Assembly: GCA_051530055.1 (NCBI GenBank)
Contig: CM121341.1
Coordinates: 1,054,001-1,118,000, forward strand
Source of the DNA: Neoechinorhynchus agilis
Lineage: Eukaryota; Animalia; Acanthocephala
Direction of reading: 5' to 3'
DNA: 64,000 bases
The position numbers and the translations under genes are program-made. Numbering within the stretch: the first letter of the stretch is position 1; the number at the start of each line of letters is the position of its first letter. The notes under the pieces are model-generated. The model did no database searches. It saw only the letters and a program-made list of their open reading frames with translations, and was not told the DNA's origin. Shown here one piece after another: positions 1-12,600 of the stretch.

Positions 1-2
1 GT

Positions 3-491
3 TTTCATTTTTGGCTTGAGACTCTACGGGAGATCAAATTAAGTCAAAGTGGATTCGAAAGAGTAACAGCAAAACTAAGACATATTTCACAATTTATGAC
101 CCAGGCCATACAGCAACTTTCCAATGAGTACTCCATTGACGTGTACATGCTTCTGGCTGCTGTTATATCGATTCCGTTCGTCGCTGAGACGGAACTGACC
201 GTTGAACGATCGTTTGTCACATTTTGCGACCTTATTGAGGATATTCTAAAGATCAACGGAATCTTAGAGTCTGAATTAAACGAGAGACATCATCATGGTT
301 TGGTACCAGATTTAAAGGCCAATATAAAACCGAAAAAAGCAAAGCTGTCCATTCTGGTAAATGCACTGTTCAATATCATCAATGAATTTGATCTAAATCA
401 ACAACAGTCGTATAGCAATGTACTCTCGACACCAGGGCAGAACAGAGATCATTTACAGAGATCATACCTTTATCCTTATGGTTACGTTTAA
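3..491 (+). CDS. Probable terminal exon of an unidentified gene entering from the left edge
   Basis: Frame open from position 3 to the stop at 489-491 (163 codons) in AT-rich DNA; no recognisable motif. Confidence 0.4.
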   Translation, partial: FHFWLETLREIKLSQSGFERVTAKLRHISQFMTQAIQQLSNEYSIDVYMLLAAVISIPFVAETELTVERSFVTFCDLIEDILKINGILESELNERHHHGLVPDLKANIKPKKAKLSILVNALFNIINEFDLNQQQSYSNVLSTPGQNRDHLQRSYLYPYGYV

Positions 492-1349
492 GTTGGATTT
501 TAAGCATTCTGTATACTCTTTCACTAATAAAGTTTTGTCGGCTCTTTTTTAGTTTATATAAATAGGCGATAACCAACCAGATCAGCCGAATTTTCTTTTG
601 TTTAATGTCTGAGTGACTGTTTAAACAAGTTATCTATCTAATCGACTTGTGGATTTTTTTAACTACGATGATTTTAATTCTTTAGCTTTAAGAGCGAAGT
701 GAATTCCTAAAAATTTATTTGATACATCTAGCAAATATGCAATCACTTATGAAATTACTATTCTTACTTTCTTTTTTAAGATTCCATGGTTTTCCCTTCC
801 ATTTCTGGGTTTTTTTCCAAAAAATGAACAGATTAACGTAATTAGAAGAGAGATATGGCGTTCTGTTTACTGCTCCTTTCAATGTTGCATTTCTATTGGT
901 CGGAACAGTAAACGTTGAATCAATTATCATTTCGCCATAATTCTGTTGAGATTTCAACTTCGAGAAAAGTTTAACTTGCGAGAAGAAATGAACGATTCAA
1001 ACTTTGATTATGAAACTTTGAGATTAAAAATCATACAAAGGAAAATGAAATCTGGGATTATAATTAATTTTACTTGGGTCATCAAATAACGTTCTTATAA
1101 AGTATTTCAAAAATGCTCAAGCAAAAAAACGACAACTAGGAGGATTCTGCGAAGTGAAATGTATACCGGAAGGCACGTTGAACTGGATCATCATTTTCAC
1201 CCTCGAAGCGAGCTGATGAGTACATCGAGAGACATTTGCTCAATGTGCGGGAGGGTAATCGTTACAGGGATCAGAAGCTTAAATTTAACCTTAATCGAGC
1301 TGAACAAGACGCACTTCCACGAATAAAAAGGAGAGGAAGGGAAAAGTCG

Positions 1350-2830
1350 ATTCATATTTCATTGAGTGACAAAGGCTTTGACCGAATTTCGATCGATAAA
1401 GGTGTAAAAGATGATCTTGCTACATTTATGACGGAATTGAAGCGCAGGAAGTTCAGCCGCAGGAGATTTTAAAGGAATGAGTGGCTTCATCCGTGGACCA
1501 TTACGGGTGTCCGTGGTGTTTAATGGTCAAAACAAAATGCCGATCGGCCCGATAACATTGACCACAGCGTCTTTGCTTAAAAGCAGACCAATTATTTCGG
1601 TAGTCAATGGACCCGCGTACCGATTTTCTCGCTTCCTAGTGATTAGCCCAATGCTTCAGTGTTATTTGCGGAATGTAGAGGGCTTAATTTTCTGAATGTG
1701 CGATGCAATGGTTTAAATGGTAGCCAGGTTATGTCCTTTGATTTTGTGGCAATGAGGGAACAGTACGAGGACTCGAAAAGCCGTTGAATGAGAACAAAGA
1801 AAACTTAAACGTTTTTCGGAATGCTGCCGACCGACGTGATTCGGCTCACTCGAATGGTTTTAGAGTACAACTTCATTCGATATAACGACCGAATCTATCT
1901 ACAAATCCGTGGATTGTCAATGGGAAACAGTCTTGCTTTCGAATTGGCAATCATTTTCGTCGATGATTTGGAAAAGTAGTGTACCTTCCCACATTAAAGG
2001 TTGAGTCAAATTTATCCCCGCTGCGTGGATGATGTGCTGTTCGCCTACAAGGAAGATTGGGAGATTGATGAAATGGCGAGGAGGTTGAATTCTATGGATT
2101 CTACTGGACGGGTTTAGGTGACGCGAAACCAACCATCAAATTATCTGCCGTTCCTATGTTTGTGTATCAAAGTTAATCCGATCACTGATTTCAGTTGGTA
2201 TCGCAAACAGTAAAAGGTTTAGTCATGCATCGAGATTCCCATAATCCTTGGGCAATGAAACAGGCAATTTACGCTGCGATGCACAGGACAGCACTGATTT
2301 GCTCATTGTCATTAACGGAAAAACGATTCACGTTTCGCTGATAATGGATATATGAACGTAACGAGATCATGCGGTTTAAAGAGACGAGAAACGGAATGAC
2401 GATCATCCACAGAATCGATATAAAGCAAAAAACCAATTCTCAAGATTCCAAATATCAATGAAAAGTTCACTAGCGACATTCGAAAGCGGCTGCGACGATC
2501 GAGAATGGATGCTCGGATTGTTCACAGAAACGCATTTAAACTTGGGTGAATCTTGATCGTTATGAAAAGCCTGAAAGATGCCCAGCATCGTTCTTAGGGA
2601 AGTCCGTGGACGATTCACGTGTGGCCGATGACAATCGCGAGTTGATCTACACGGGAAAACTGAACGGCATTAGCGTAAAAAAACGCTGACCGAAACCGGT
2701 TCACAACACATTGAAGCCGGACGCAAAATCGGCGAAACACCACCCAGAGTGCCACAGCGACGGAGAAAACTCTCGAAGCGATTTAGGTTTGTGGCAAAAG
2801 AATCGGTGGAACTATCTATCGTCGAGGCAT
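1350..2830 (+). mobile_element. Degenerate Penelope-like retroelement (RT plus GIY-YIG remnant), copy A
   Basis: Frameshifted fragments KMPIGPIT..KSRPIISVVNGPAYRFSRFL, LSMGNSLA, RCVDD and YTGKTER match the better-preserved element at 62590-64000. Confidence 0.85.
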
Positions 2831-3387
2831 TAATAATATCCCGGGCGGATGGAAAAAGATGGTGTTTCCCACAGACAATGCGACTGATAGTTCTGGTACA
2901 GACATGACGAACTTTCTACACTTCAATGTCGCTACTTTAACTCAGTTACGATCTGCATGAGCCTTTGTGGATTTCCGAAGAAGCCATAATTCTCTTCTCT
3001 CAACATAATTTCTATCCGGAAGATTTTGATCGCCACACTTCCAATTCGTGTAAGACGCTGCGAATTATTCAACAATTAATTTTTCAGCGCAACGATCAGT
3101 TCGACCAATTCGAAATTTAGTTTAAAAAGTTTACAGCAACAAGTCTGATAATCAAAGTCAATTTTCGCCGTCATTGGATTCTCTTCTTTCGTGCCCGAAA
3201 CTCCGCACATTCTCTGAAGCGCACACGGCGTTTTTACCAAAGCTCCAAGATTCCTCACTATTTTACGAAGGACTGAAATGATGAAGTCTAGATTTTCCGA
3301 TCGGATATGACGATACAACTAAATATTTCCAATCGATCCTTCTGATCAGTCTTCTATTGCCGCGCTTCAACTCACATACTTTTTAAG

Positions 3388-3543
3388 ATGTCGTCACATA
3401 AGACTCTTCGGATTAAAAAAGTCTTAGCAAAGAAGATGAACCAAAATCGTCCTTTGCCCGTCTGGATGCGACTACGTCATGGCGTCAAAGTCAAGTACAA
3501 CTTCAAGCGAAGACATTGGCGTCGTACTAAACTCAAATTGTGA
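3388..3543 (+). CDS. RPL39: 60S ribosomal protein L39 (51 aa, missing from the ORF track)
   Basis: Manual translation [51 protein letters not shown]; typical eL39 length and motifs. Confidence 0.97.
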   Translation: MSSHKTLRIKKVLAKKMNQNRPLPVWMRLRHGVKVKYNFKRRHWRRTKLKL

Positions 3544-3627
3544 TTGAACTTCAACATAAAAGACGTCGTTTTGACGTGCGAGTGTCTTCTTCTTTTCGCT
3601 TTTCAAATATGTTCATTAACATTCTAG

Positions 3628-3831
3628 ATGGGAAATCCTTTAGCTGAAGATGAAGCCAAATCGAACCCGAATCGACTTTGGAAAAGTCATACTAAAAGAA
3701 ACGGAAGAGGATCAAGGAAGTGCCGTATTTGTGCCAACGGACACGGAATTATGAGGAACTATAATCTTAATGTCTGTAGACAATGCTTTCGAGAGAATAC
3801 AGCGAATCTCGGATTCGTAAAGTTGAACTAA
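3628..3831 (+). CDS. RPS29: 40S ribosomal protein S29 (uS14) with short N-terminal insertion
   Basis: LWKSH..GRGSRKCRIC...GIMRNYNLNVCRQCFRE...LGFVKLN zinc-binding uS14 pattern. Confidence 0.93.
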   Translation: MGNPLAEDEAKSNPNRLWKSHTKRNGRGSRKCRICANGHGIMRNYNLNVCRQCFRENTANLGFVKLN

Positions 3832-4054
3832 TATTGAATTGGGACGTTTTCCAAAGAAATAGATATTTCGTTTAGAAATGCGTGGTTCTGTAGCGCCTCT
3901 TAAATTCTCGCCAATCAAATGCTACAGCCAAATCTCACCAATAAGAACTCCTGGTTTTACAAACGAACGATTATCGATGGGAACGGCGAACTTACAGGAT
4001 CTTTCTGAATCGCTGATTCTCTTATAAAAATAGCTCAATACACAGGGGTCCTTG

Positions 4055-4055
4055 G

Positions 4056-4090
<35 letters not shown>
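4055..4090. repeat. (GTT)12 microsatellite
   Basis: Direct reading of the sequence. Confidence 0.98.
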
Positions 4091-4789
4091 GCGATCAACC
4101 ATTTTTCAACCTTGCTCAAAGATTCTGCGGTGCTCGCTCCGACGGCATCAATTGTCTACATCGCGAGAGGCTTTTGACATGTTGAGCTACCGATCGAGAC
4201 ATTTGTATTTCTCCAACTCATGAAACTCTAAGGGACAAGTTGCTCTTAGCAACCGTATTCGGGTAGGTGAAGTTCCAAGGAAACTACCTCTTCGCCACGG
4301 AACTGTTGTTGCGACCTGCGCGAGGGAGATAGAATGCCAGCCCTCGCAAGAGCCCGAAGTTTTAGAACATTCACCATGTTGTGGTGATTGGGCTTAGCTA
4401 TCGTGTTTGGAACAATGGAATCGGTTCGTTACTTTGCTATCCCCGTCTTGGCACCGCACTTGCCTGTCGCAGGGATTGAACAATCCACGAATAAATGTAA
4501 TATTCAAGTGAGAACAATTTTAGCATCTAAAGTGTTAAAAAAACTACGGGATCATTTGGTAGCAGCAGCGAGTAAGCGTGCTCGTTCTTTGGGTTCTTCA
4601 CAAAAACCAAGGAGGTTTCGGAATTCCTTCTAAAACCAAGAGTCTGACCAACGTTTTTGTATTGATGGATTCGTTGGGGCTGGTAGTTCGAGTTCTTTAC
4701 TCCATTTTTCTAGTGCTATTTGATAAGATTGGTCGTCAATTTCGGTGTAGAGGCGATAATTTGTCGTTGAGAAGTAGAAAAAGATGAGT

Positions 4790-5320
4790 TTTGAAACATT
4801 TTTCAAGAATTTTTGAAAGAGCGGGCAGAATGGATATTGGACGGAGTGATTCCGTGGAAATAATATGTACATATTTCGTAAGGAGGATAACTTTAGCAGT
4901 TTTGAGGCATGATGGGTAGATGTTATATAAAAAGCTGAGGTTTATAATGTGGGTAAGAGGGTCGATGAGTTCGGGGATGATGTAGCGAAGTGCGTTATTT
5001 CTTGAGATGTTAGAGACCTTCATTTTATGAAGCAAAGTGGAATATTGGAGAGTTGACAGAAGTGTCAATTGTGGGAGTGATAGTTATTGCAGAGTCTTAG
5101 ATGAGCAATGGTTGTAATTTGAATCAGGTCAGAGGTTCTGATTGATGGAGTCAAGAACGTGTTTCAGTTCAGGAATGGATCAAGGTTGCGTAGACCAAAA
5201 GATTCTTTAAAGGCCTGCCACCATGTTGAATTGTCACATGAACAAATTTTGGATGAAAGAAAGTTTTTGCGGGCGATAAGTATTTTGGAATTATTGTTTA
5301 GGTCTGACGCTAGCGTCTAT
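4790..5320 (-). mobile_element. Non-LTR retrotransposon RT fragment (CR1/L2/Jockey-like)
   Basis: PLTHIINLSFL...PSCLKTAKVILL...RPISILPALSKILEK, RT N-terminal motifs. Confidence 0.8.
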
Positions 5321-5334
5321 TACTAACAAACAAA

Positions 5335-5368
5335 CTGATGATGAACCCGACGAGGTTCGCAGAACGTC
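5335..5368 (+). ncRNA. Degenerate minimal hammerhead-like motif
   Basis: CTGATGA-T-GAACC-cgacga-GGTTC-G(c)A(g)AAC-GTC; the GAAA core is broken by two insertions. A related tail at ~24670-24780 keeps CGAAACGTT but lacks CTGA. Confidence 0.3.
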
Positions 5369-6280
5369 TTTAATAAATAATCATTTACCGGCTGTAGACC
5401 TAAACAATAATTCTTATTACATTCTCCGGTACATCACATATCGACATTTTTAGATAAGTATTTTGCTAGTTAGAGCTATCTATAAACAGGGAAAGTCTGG
5501 AGAGTTATTGCGATTGGCTTTCGATGTTTGCTTTTGAAGGAGATTCAAGATGGAGGTTATTCGTGGTGGGTTGCGGTTGGATATTCGAATGAACTTCTTG
5601 GGAATTGTCGAAGTTGGGGAATTTTTATGATTGAAGTTATGGAAGACATGGATAAGGAAGGGTCATTTGTGTTGTCAAAGTGGTGCAGAGTGTCCTGAAG
5701 GTGCTGAAGTATGTGGATCCTCGGCCGTGACGTAGAATGAGGCCCGATGCTATTGGTGCAATTGCGACTATTGGTTGTTCCTCTGTTTTCATTAGCAAGA
5801 TGTAAAAATCGATTCTGATTTTAAGAATGAACGACGATCAATGCAGAAGAAGAGTGGTCGTCGAATCTTAGATTGTAATGAAGATATCCAATGAGTCATA
5901 CTTGCCACTTTGTAATCCATAAAAGATTGGCTAGAAGAAAAATTATTTACGGATTAAAACTTGCACAGATCCAAGTAGGAGAAATAATGTTTAAGCTTAA
6001 CCACTAATATTCCGTTCAGTGAATCCTGTTTCGGAATTTTGATGTTCTCGGGTAAATATTAAATGAATTTTTCATGATCGATTTTAGCGCTATGGCGATC
6101 GTATAATGTATATTGAGAAAACATTAAGAAAAACTAAAATTAGAAGCGAGTCTTCTGCACACGTACCAACGAGTCCATTTATTTTCTCTCTCCCTGAATT
6201 TTTCTACATCGTAGTTTCATAAAGAATTAATATTTCATGTATTTGTACATTATGTGTGCGCAACCAACCGATTGAAAGCA

Positions 6281-7217
6281 TCAGTTTCTACATTGCTCCT
6301 TCGTCGGTGGCTGAAGGGGTATTCGACCTTCGAACCGTTCGCAATCATACGCTTGTCTGTCTTCTTCAGTTTGCTCAGTTGAATAAACTTGAGTGGGGAC
6401 GTATTGATTAGCGCAATCAGTGTCTTCATTGCTCGAATTATCACACTCTCGCATCCATTGTCTCTAAAATAATTAGTGAATTTAAATTTGAAGAATGCAC
6501 TAACGATCTTGTCTCGAGTGTCATCATCCATCTTTGCCAACTGAGATAGGCAATCCAAAGAGACTTCATTCGCGTAATTCATTTCAATCTTCTGTAGAAT
6601 AAAAATAAATCGATCCATTTTCCACCTGCCGAAACTTACGAACTGTTCAAGATTGTTGTTTTTGAGCGCTTCGTTATAATAATATCGCGCTTCGTCCATC
6701 GAAATATTATGCAAGCCTTAACAATTAAAACTTGAAAATTCTCACTTCAGCCGGCGAAAGAGACCTTCGAAATTTCCTTTGACTGTAGCTACTCCAACGC
6801 ATGTAGTGACCCATCCATTAGAACCAATAATGTTTTTGGATGATTGTTGAAGGTTGTCACTGTCAAACGTTGATTTGTGGATTAAAAGACAAAAAGAACA
6901 CTCACATCGCTTTTTCGACGATACTATCGCTTTGCCCATGAACATGAATCTCCCTTGTATGTGTCGTTTCTAAACGACCGAAATAAAAAATTCGGAGTTA
7001 TGAACAATGGTTTACCTTCATTTGGCGCTCTAAGCCGGTTAGGACGACGGTCAATGTGGGTTCTGGGTCTTGGGGGAATGTAATTGCCACGTGGACAAAA
7101 TACATGAGCGAATGGACAATTCTCTCCATTACGGCATTGACCCATGTTAAAGAAGTAACAAGGACGCGTTAACATCGATCTACGAAATAAACCGTTTTGA
7201 TGGTTCAAATTGTTCAT
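6281..7217 (-). CDS. NUP42: NUP42/NUPL2-like nucleoporin, copy 1 (multi-exon, short GT-AG introns)
   Basis: N-terminal CCCH finger (CYFFNMGQCRNGENCPFAH), central NISMDEARYYY..LKNNNL block, C-terminal F.GRIPLQPP motif after manual splicing. Confidence 0.7.
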
Positions 7218-7847
7218 CTAAAGCATAGCGGATCGAGTGACATGAACTTCTTTTAAAAAGAGTGCAAAACGTGATTGATTTTGAACAACAATTGGATCGG
7301 AATCGCACAATTGAGAGGATTTCCACCAATAAACAGACGGGAAATACCGTAACGGTTATTTCAAAAAAAACGCAATGATTAACACTTTGCAATGCTGCAA
7401 CATTTAAAATATACACATTTGTTGTTTGAACATTCAAACAGAAAAATGAGAAAACAGTGTTGATCTATTGAACAAACAAAAATTCTTGATAACAAACTAC
7501 CGAGCATGAAATATTTCACGGGCGAAGTGTGTTATCTGGAAGGATTTTTCTATCGATGATTAAGAAATTGACGAAAAAATACGTCTTTCCATACAGGCGT
7601 TTTAATCGTATTATTGATTCAGAAATCACTTTCAATAAAATTCGTAATTGAGTTTCCATGGTAACAGTTGCGCATTTTCACTGAATCGTCAAAAAAACCA
7701 TAAGACTTTAAAATCCGTACAAGATTGTACGCCTTTATTAAGGTTGTTAAATGCGCATTTGATAAACGCGTACAAGATTGTGCGCTTCAGAAAAACCAAT
7801 CAGATTTTAAACTCATTTCAATTTGCCATGAAACAACCTATTAAATT

Positions 7848-8040
7848 TTATTTGTCGATAGGAGAAAATAAATGAAATTAAGAATTTATTTGATATTTCG
7901 GTCCAATATCTCGGATGTAGCGATTGCTTGTAAGTTATTAAATAGTTGAGTAACTTACAAGCAATCGCTACATCCGAGATAGTGGATCGAAATATCAAAT
8001 AAAATCTTAATTTCATTTATTTTCTCCTATCAACAAATAA
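7848..8040. repeat. Near-perfect palindrome (two 90-bp arms, 13-nt loop) derived from a Penelope 3' end
   Basis: Arms 7848-7937 and 7951-8040; arm matches 19632-19735. Confidence 0.9.
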
Positions 8041-9622
8041 CAACGAATTATCTTTTCACGACAACCTATTAATTCATCAAACAAAAACCGATAAAAGGCG
8101 TAACGATATCATTTTCCACGATCGAGGACCAAATATTTCACGACTTGCGAAAGAAACGCAATTCTCTTATTTTAAACTTACCTTAAATCGGAATAAAACC
8201 TCTCGCAGCGCAATTCCTCTAAGATTCGATAGAAAAGGTGCATTCACATTCTGAATCAAAAAAATTATAAACACACAACGAAATTTATTCGCAAACACAT
8301 TTTCTTTAGAACTAATTTTTTTCACAGAATTCAAGACGATAAAGCATTTTGTGTTTACAAAGACGATATTTGCGTTGATCGACACATGAATTCTTCCATA
8401 TCTAAAGCGCGCATTTAACTCCATCTTCTTTGGTTCATCTTCTACATCAAAAGAACGTGTTCAAAACTCCTTTTCATACGCCTTCGTCATATTTAAGAGT
8501 CTTTACGTGGTCTGTAATTTTGGGAGTCTGACTCTGTTTTTCTGAAGCAGCGCGCTCTTGAGCGTACTTGCTCTTTTTTTTGTGTGCACATTCGTGCGTA
8601 TGAAGATTGTTGGGATTTTAGCGGCTGGTGACGGATCTCGTTCGGTTGATAGAACACTATAAAAATGAGTTTCTCTTGGCAAAATTAACGATCTGTCATA
8701 GGGTGCATGCCAGAATGTGGAAAATACGATGTAGGCTGGGTAATGCGATTTTTTGTTGAGAAAAAAGCGTTTGAGACCTTGTTTCCTTTTTTTTATGCAA
8801 ACCAAAACTTACTAATCTTTTTTTAAATGCAATCCAAATATTTTCTCTTGATAATTTTTTAATCAGAATTGTCACTTTCTTAATTTTCGGATCGAAAAAC
8901 CATTTATGATCTTTATTATTTTCCGTTTTAATCAAATTTGATTTTGGTATTGATTTTTGTTTAGCGAGATGCTTAATTTGACTTTACGTTTTTCTCAAAA
9001 TGTGAATCATTTTACATCTCTCGCTTTTTGGATGCATTTAAACCGTAAACCCCATGAAATGAGCGAAAAATCTCCGTGAAATTTTAACTACTACCTTTTT
9101 CAATGAACGTTTCTCGATATTTTGTTCAGCAAACTCACATTGATGTTCGTTTCTGCAGAAATCTATGACTGAATTTAATGCTCTCGTTTTTCCCCAAATG
9201 TCATATGAAGTCGTTCTAGACATCGGAGATTTATTCTCTCATATCCACGTAAATGAGTTGTCCAAAGTTGCGATTTTAAAAATCTTCTCCTCGAACTCCA
9301 TCTTTTAACAATGATGAAAAACCACATTTTCACTCTTTTTGATTCGAACGTTTATTGAAATTGTTTTTGTTTGGAGATGGATCATGTTTTTTATATGGAT
9401 GAAAAAATTTAGGCCACAAATCTTTGAATCTAATCTTCGAATCGGACTCATTTTTCTTACATGATTATTTATTAAACCACGCAAAAAAATTCGTTGTAAC
9501 TTATATACTTTTAAACCAGGTTTGGCGTCCAAGTTTAAAGTACAACATCCCTCCTCCCCTTCAAAATTCTACGCTTATTTCACTACTGCAGAACAAAACT
9601 TTCGTCTTCCATTATCATCAAA

Positions 9623-12600
9623 ATGGACTCTACTCAGTCTCTTCCTATAAAGTTCCATGAGCATCTCACTCTTTCATCGGTTGGAATTCAATCTCCCAAC
9701 ATTGGATTCGCAACGGTCACGATGGAATCCGATCGGTTCATTTGTGTCCGAGACAAAGTTGGTGATGTGAGTCAAGTAGTCATAATCGACATGCGGTCAC
9801 CTTCTACACCAACTCGACGTCCTATAACAGCTGATTCAGCAATAATGAATCCTCAGCATAAGATCATTGCCCTCAAAGCTGGTCGCACTATTCAGGTGTT
9901 CAATATTGAACAAAAAGCAAAGATTAAATCACACGCATTGGCCGAAGACTGTGTTTTCTGGAAATGGCTATCCGTAAATACGCTTGGTTTAGTTACCAAA
10001 AGCGCTGTCTACTATTGGACATTGGAGATCGATACAAGTGAACCATTGGATCCACCTTCATCAAGTGAGCCACTGAAGCAATTTGATCTCCAAACAAATC
10101 TTCAAGAAAGTCAAATAATCAATTTCAGAACTGATTCTAGTCTCAAATGGGCCGTCATTGTCGGTATTGTCGCTAACGACAACCGGGTTGGTGGCAGAAT
10201 GCAATTGTATTCCATTGATCGGAAATTGAGTCAAGCAATCGAAGGACATGCAGCTGCATTCACCGAATACACATTTGATTCGAACCCGCAACCTTCAAAA
10301 TTGTTTTGTTTTGCTTTTCGATACAGCAACGAAATGAATGGAAAGCTCCATATCTATGAACTAGGCTCGCCCCCAACGAGTAATAAGGCATTCAAAAAAA
10401 GAACAACTGAAATTGTCTTTAGTGCTGATGCTTCTAATGATTTTCCGGTTGCTATGCAGATTGGTTCTAAACTTGGTGTTATTTACCTAATTACTAAATA
10501 TGGGTTTGTTTATTTATTCGACATACAAACTGGAGGAGAATTGTTTTCGAATCGAATCTCGGCTGAGACTGTATTCGTGACTGCCGTTGAAACTGTGACT
10601 TCTGGGATTATTGGAGTTAATCGGAAGGGACAAGTATTAAGTGTTAGCGTGGACGAGGATAATGTTGTTGGATATGTGAGTCAAGTTATGCACAATCCTG
10701 ATCTTGCATATGAATTCGCTGTTCGGAATAAACTTACGGGAGGAGACCAAATGTTCGTTGAAAGATTTAAGAGTCTTTTTTCGTCTGGTAATTATGCCGA
10801 AGCAGCAAAAGTCGCTGCCATTGCACCTGGAAACGTACTGAGAACTCCACAAACCATTCAAGCATTTCAAAACGCAGCTCAAACCACCGGACAGACCGCC
10901 GGACAGTCTTCCCCTGTCCTTCAATACTTTGCGGCTCTTCTAGAGCATGGAGGTCGTCTTACTAAATTCGAGTCAGTTGAACTATGTCGTCCAGTCGTAC
11001 AACAAAACAAGAAGAACTTGCTTGAAAAATGGCTGAAGAACGATCGTATCGACTGCAGTGAAGAACTGGGAGATATGGTGAAGCCGCTGGATGCAAACCT
11101 AGCACTCTCCATCTATATAAGAGCAAAATGCCCCGCTAAGATCGTTCAATCGTTCGCTGAGACTGGCCAACATGATAAAATTGTATTATACGCCCGAAAA
11201 ACGGGATATAGTCCTGATTATATCAGCATTCTGCGAAATCTATGCAAACAGAATCAATCCGATCAGGCCTTGACTTTTGCCAAATCTTTGGTTTCCAGTG
11301 AAGGAGAACATGCGATTGATGTAGACCGAGCAGTGGATGTTTTTTTAGAAAGTGGACTTGTCTTACAATGCACTGCTTTTATGCTTGAGGCTCTAAAGAA
11401 CAACAAACCAGAGGAAGGACAACTTCAAACGCGTTTACTCGAAATCAATTTAGTGCATTCTCCCCAGGTAGCCGATTCCATTCTTGCGAAAGGAGTTTTA
11501 ACTCACTATGATCGGGCTCATGTTGCTCAACTGTGCGAAAAAGCAGGTCTTGTACAAAGGGCACTTGAACATTATACTGACCTTTACGATATTAAACGAA
11601 CCGTTGTTCATTCGAATCTTTTAAATCAAGAATGGCTCGTATGCCCGTGAGTCTCAGAAGTTGTGGGTTCTTTCAAAGTTCATTTCTATTATCCGTTGAT
11701 TCTCGTATTATTTTGCTTTCCCTGAACTTGTTTCTTGTACGTCTAAGACTCACGGCAACTGTAAATTACTTTGGCCACCTCTCAGTCGAAGACAGTATTG
11801 ACTGCCTTCGTACAATGCTTCAAGGGAATCTTAGACAAAACCTTCCGGTCGTCTGCCAAATTTCCATAAAGTACCATCAACAACTCACAGATAACGCCCT
11901 GATCGAATTGTTTGAATCTTTTAAGTCATATGAAGGTCTATTTGTGTTCCTTCAAGCGATCGTTTCGTTCAGCGAGGATCCAAATGTCCATTTCAAATAT
12001 ATTCAAGTAGCTTGTAAGACTGGACGTTATAAGGACGTAGAACGTATCTGCCGGGAGAGCAGTTGTTACGACGCTGAAAGGGTAAAAAACTTTTTGAAGG
12101 AAGCAAAACTTCCAGATCAACTCCCATTGATTATTGTCTGCGACCGATTCAACTACGTCCATGACCTAATTCTGTATTTATTCAGAAACGGGTTTCAAAA
12201 TTATATTTCTATCTACGTTCAAAAAGTCAATCCCAAACGGCTACCGTTGGTGGTCGGTGCAATGCTGGATGTGGACTGTGGAGAAGATGTGATAAAACAA
12301 GCCATAGCGAGTGTTCCAGTGAACGGTTTCAGTGTTGAGGAACTTGTTGCTGAAGTCGAGAAAAGGAATCGAATAAGACTTTTATTGCCTTGGCTTGAAT
12401 CTCAAGTTCACAAGGGCGTTAACGATCCATCTATTCATAATGCGATCGGTAAAATCTACATAGAATCGAACAACAATCCCGAGAGGTTCTTAAAGGAAAA
12501 TCAGTATTATGATAGTTTGGTCGTGGGGAAGTACTGCGAAAAACGGGATCCTCATTTGGCTTGTATTGCTTATGAAAGAGGGAAATGTGATGATGAGCTT

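Noticed and set aside
1211-1260. CTGATGAG as a hammerhead core in Penelope copy A
   Set aside because: No helix II followed by GAAA.
3922-4119. Poly-Thr ORF, and (GTT)12 as a targeted insertion site
   Set aside because: The ORF is the microsatellite read in reverse; the flank similarity to CRE fragments is too short to support targeting.
4100-4720. Possible R2/NeSL-like fragment (QGGFGIP motif)
   Set aside because: Only one short motif; no RT core could be recovered by eye.
8100-9550. Possible minus-strand gene divergent from CLTC
   Set aside because: Several short ORFs but no recognisable domain or consistent splice model.
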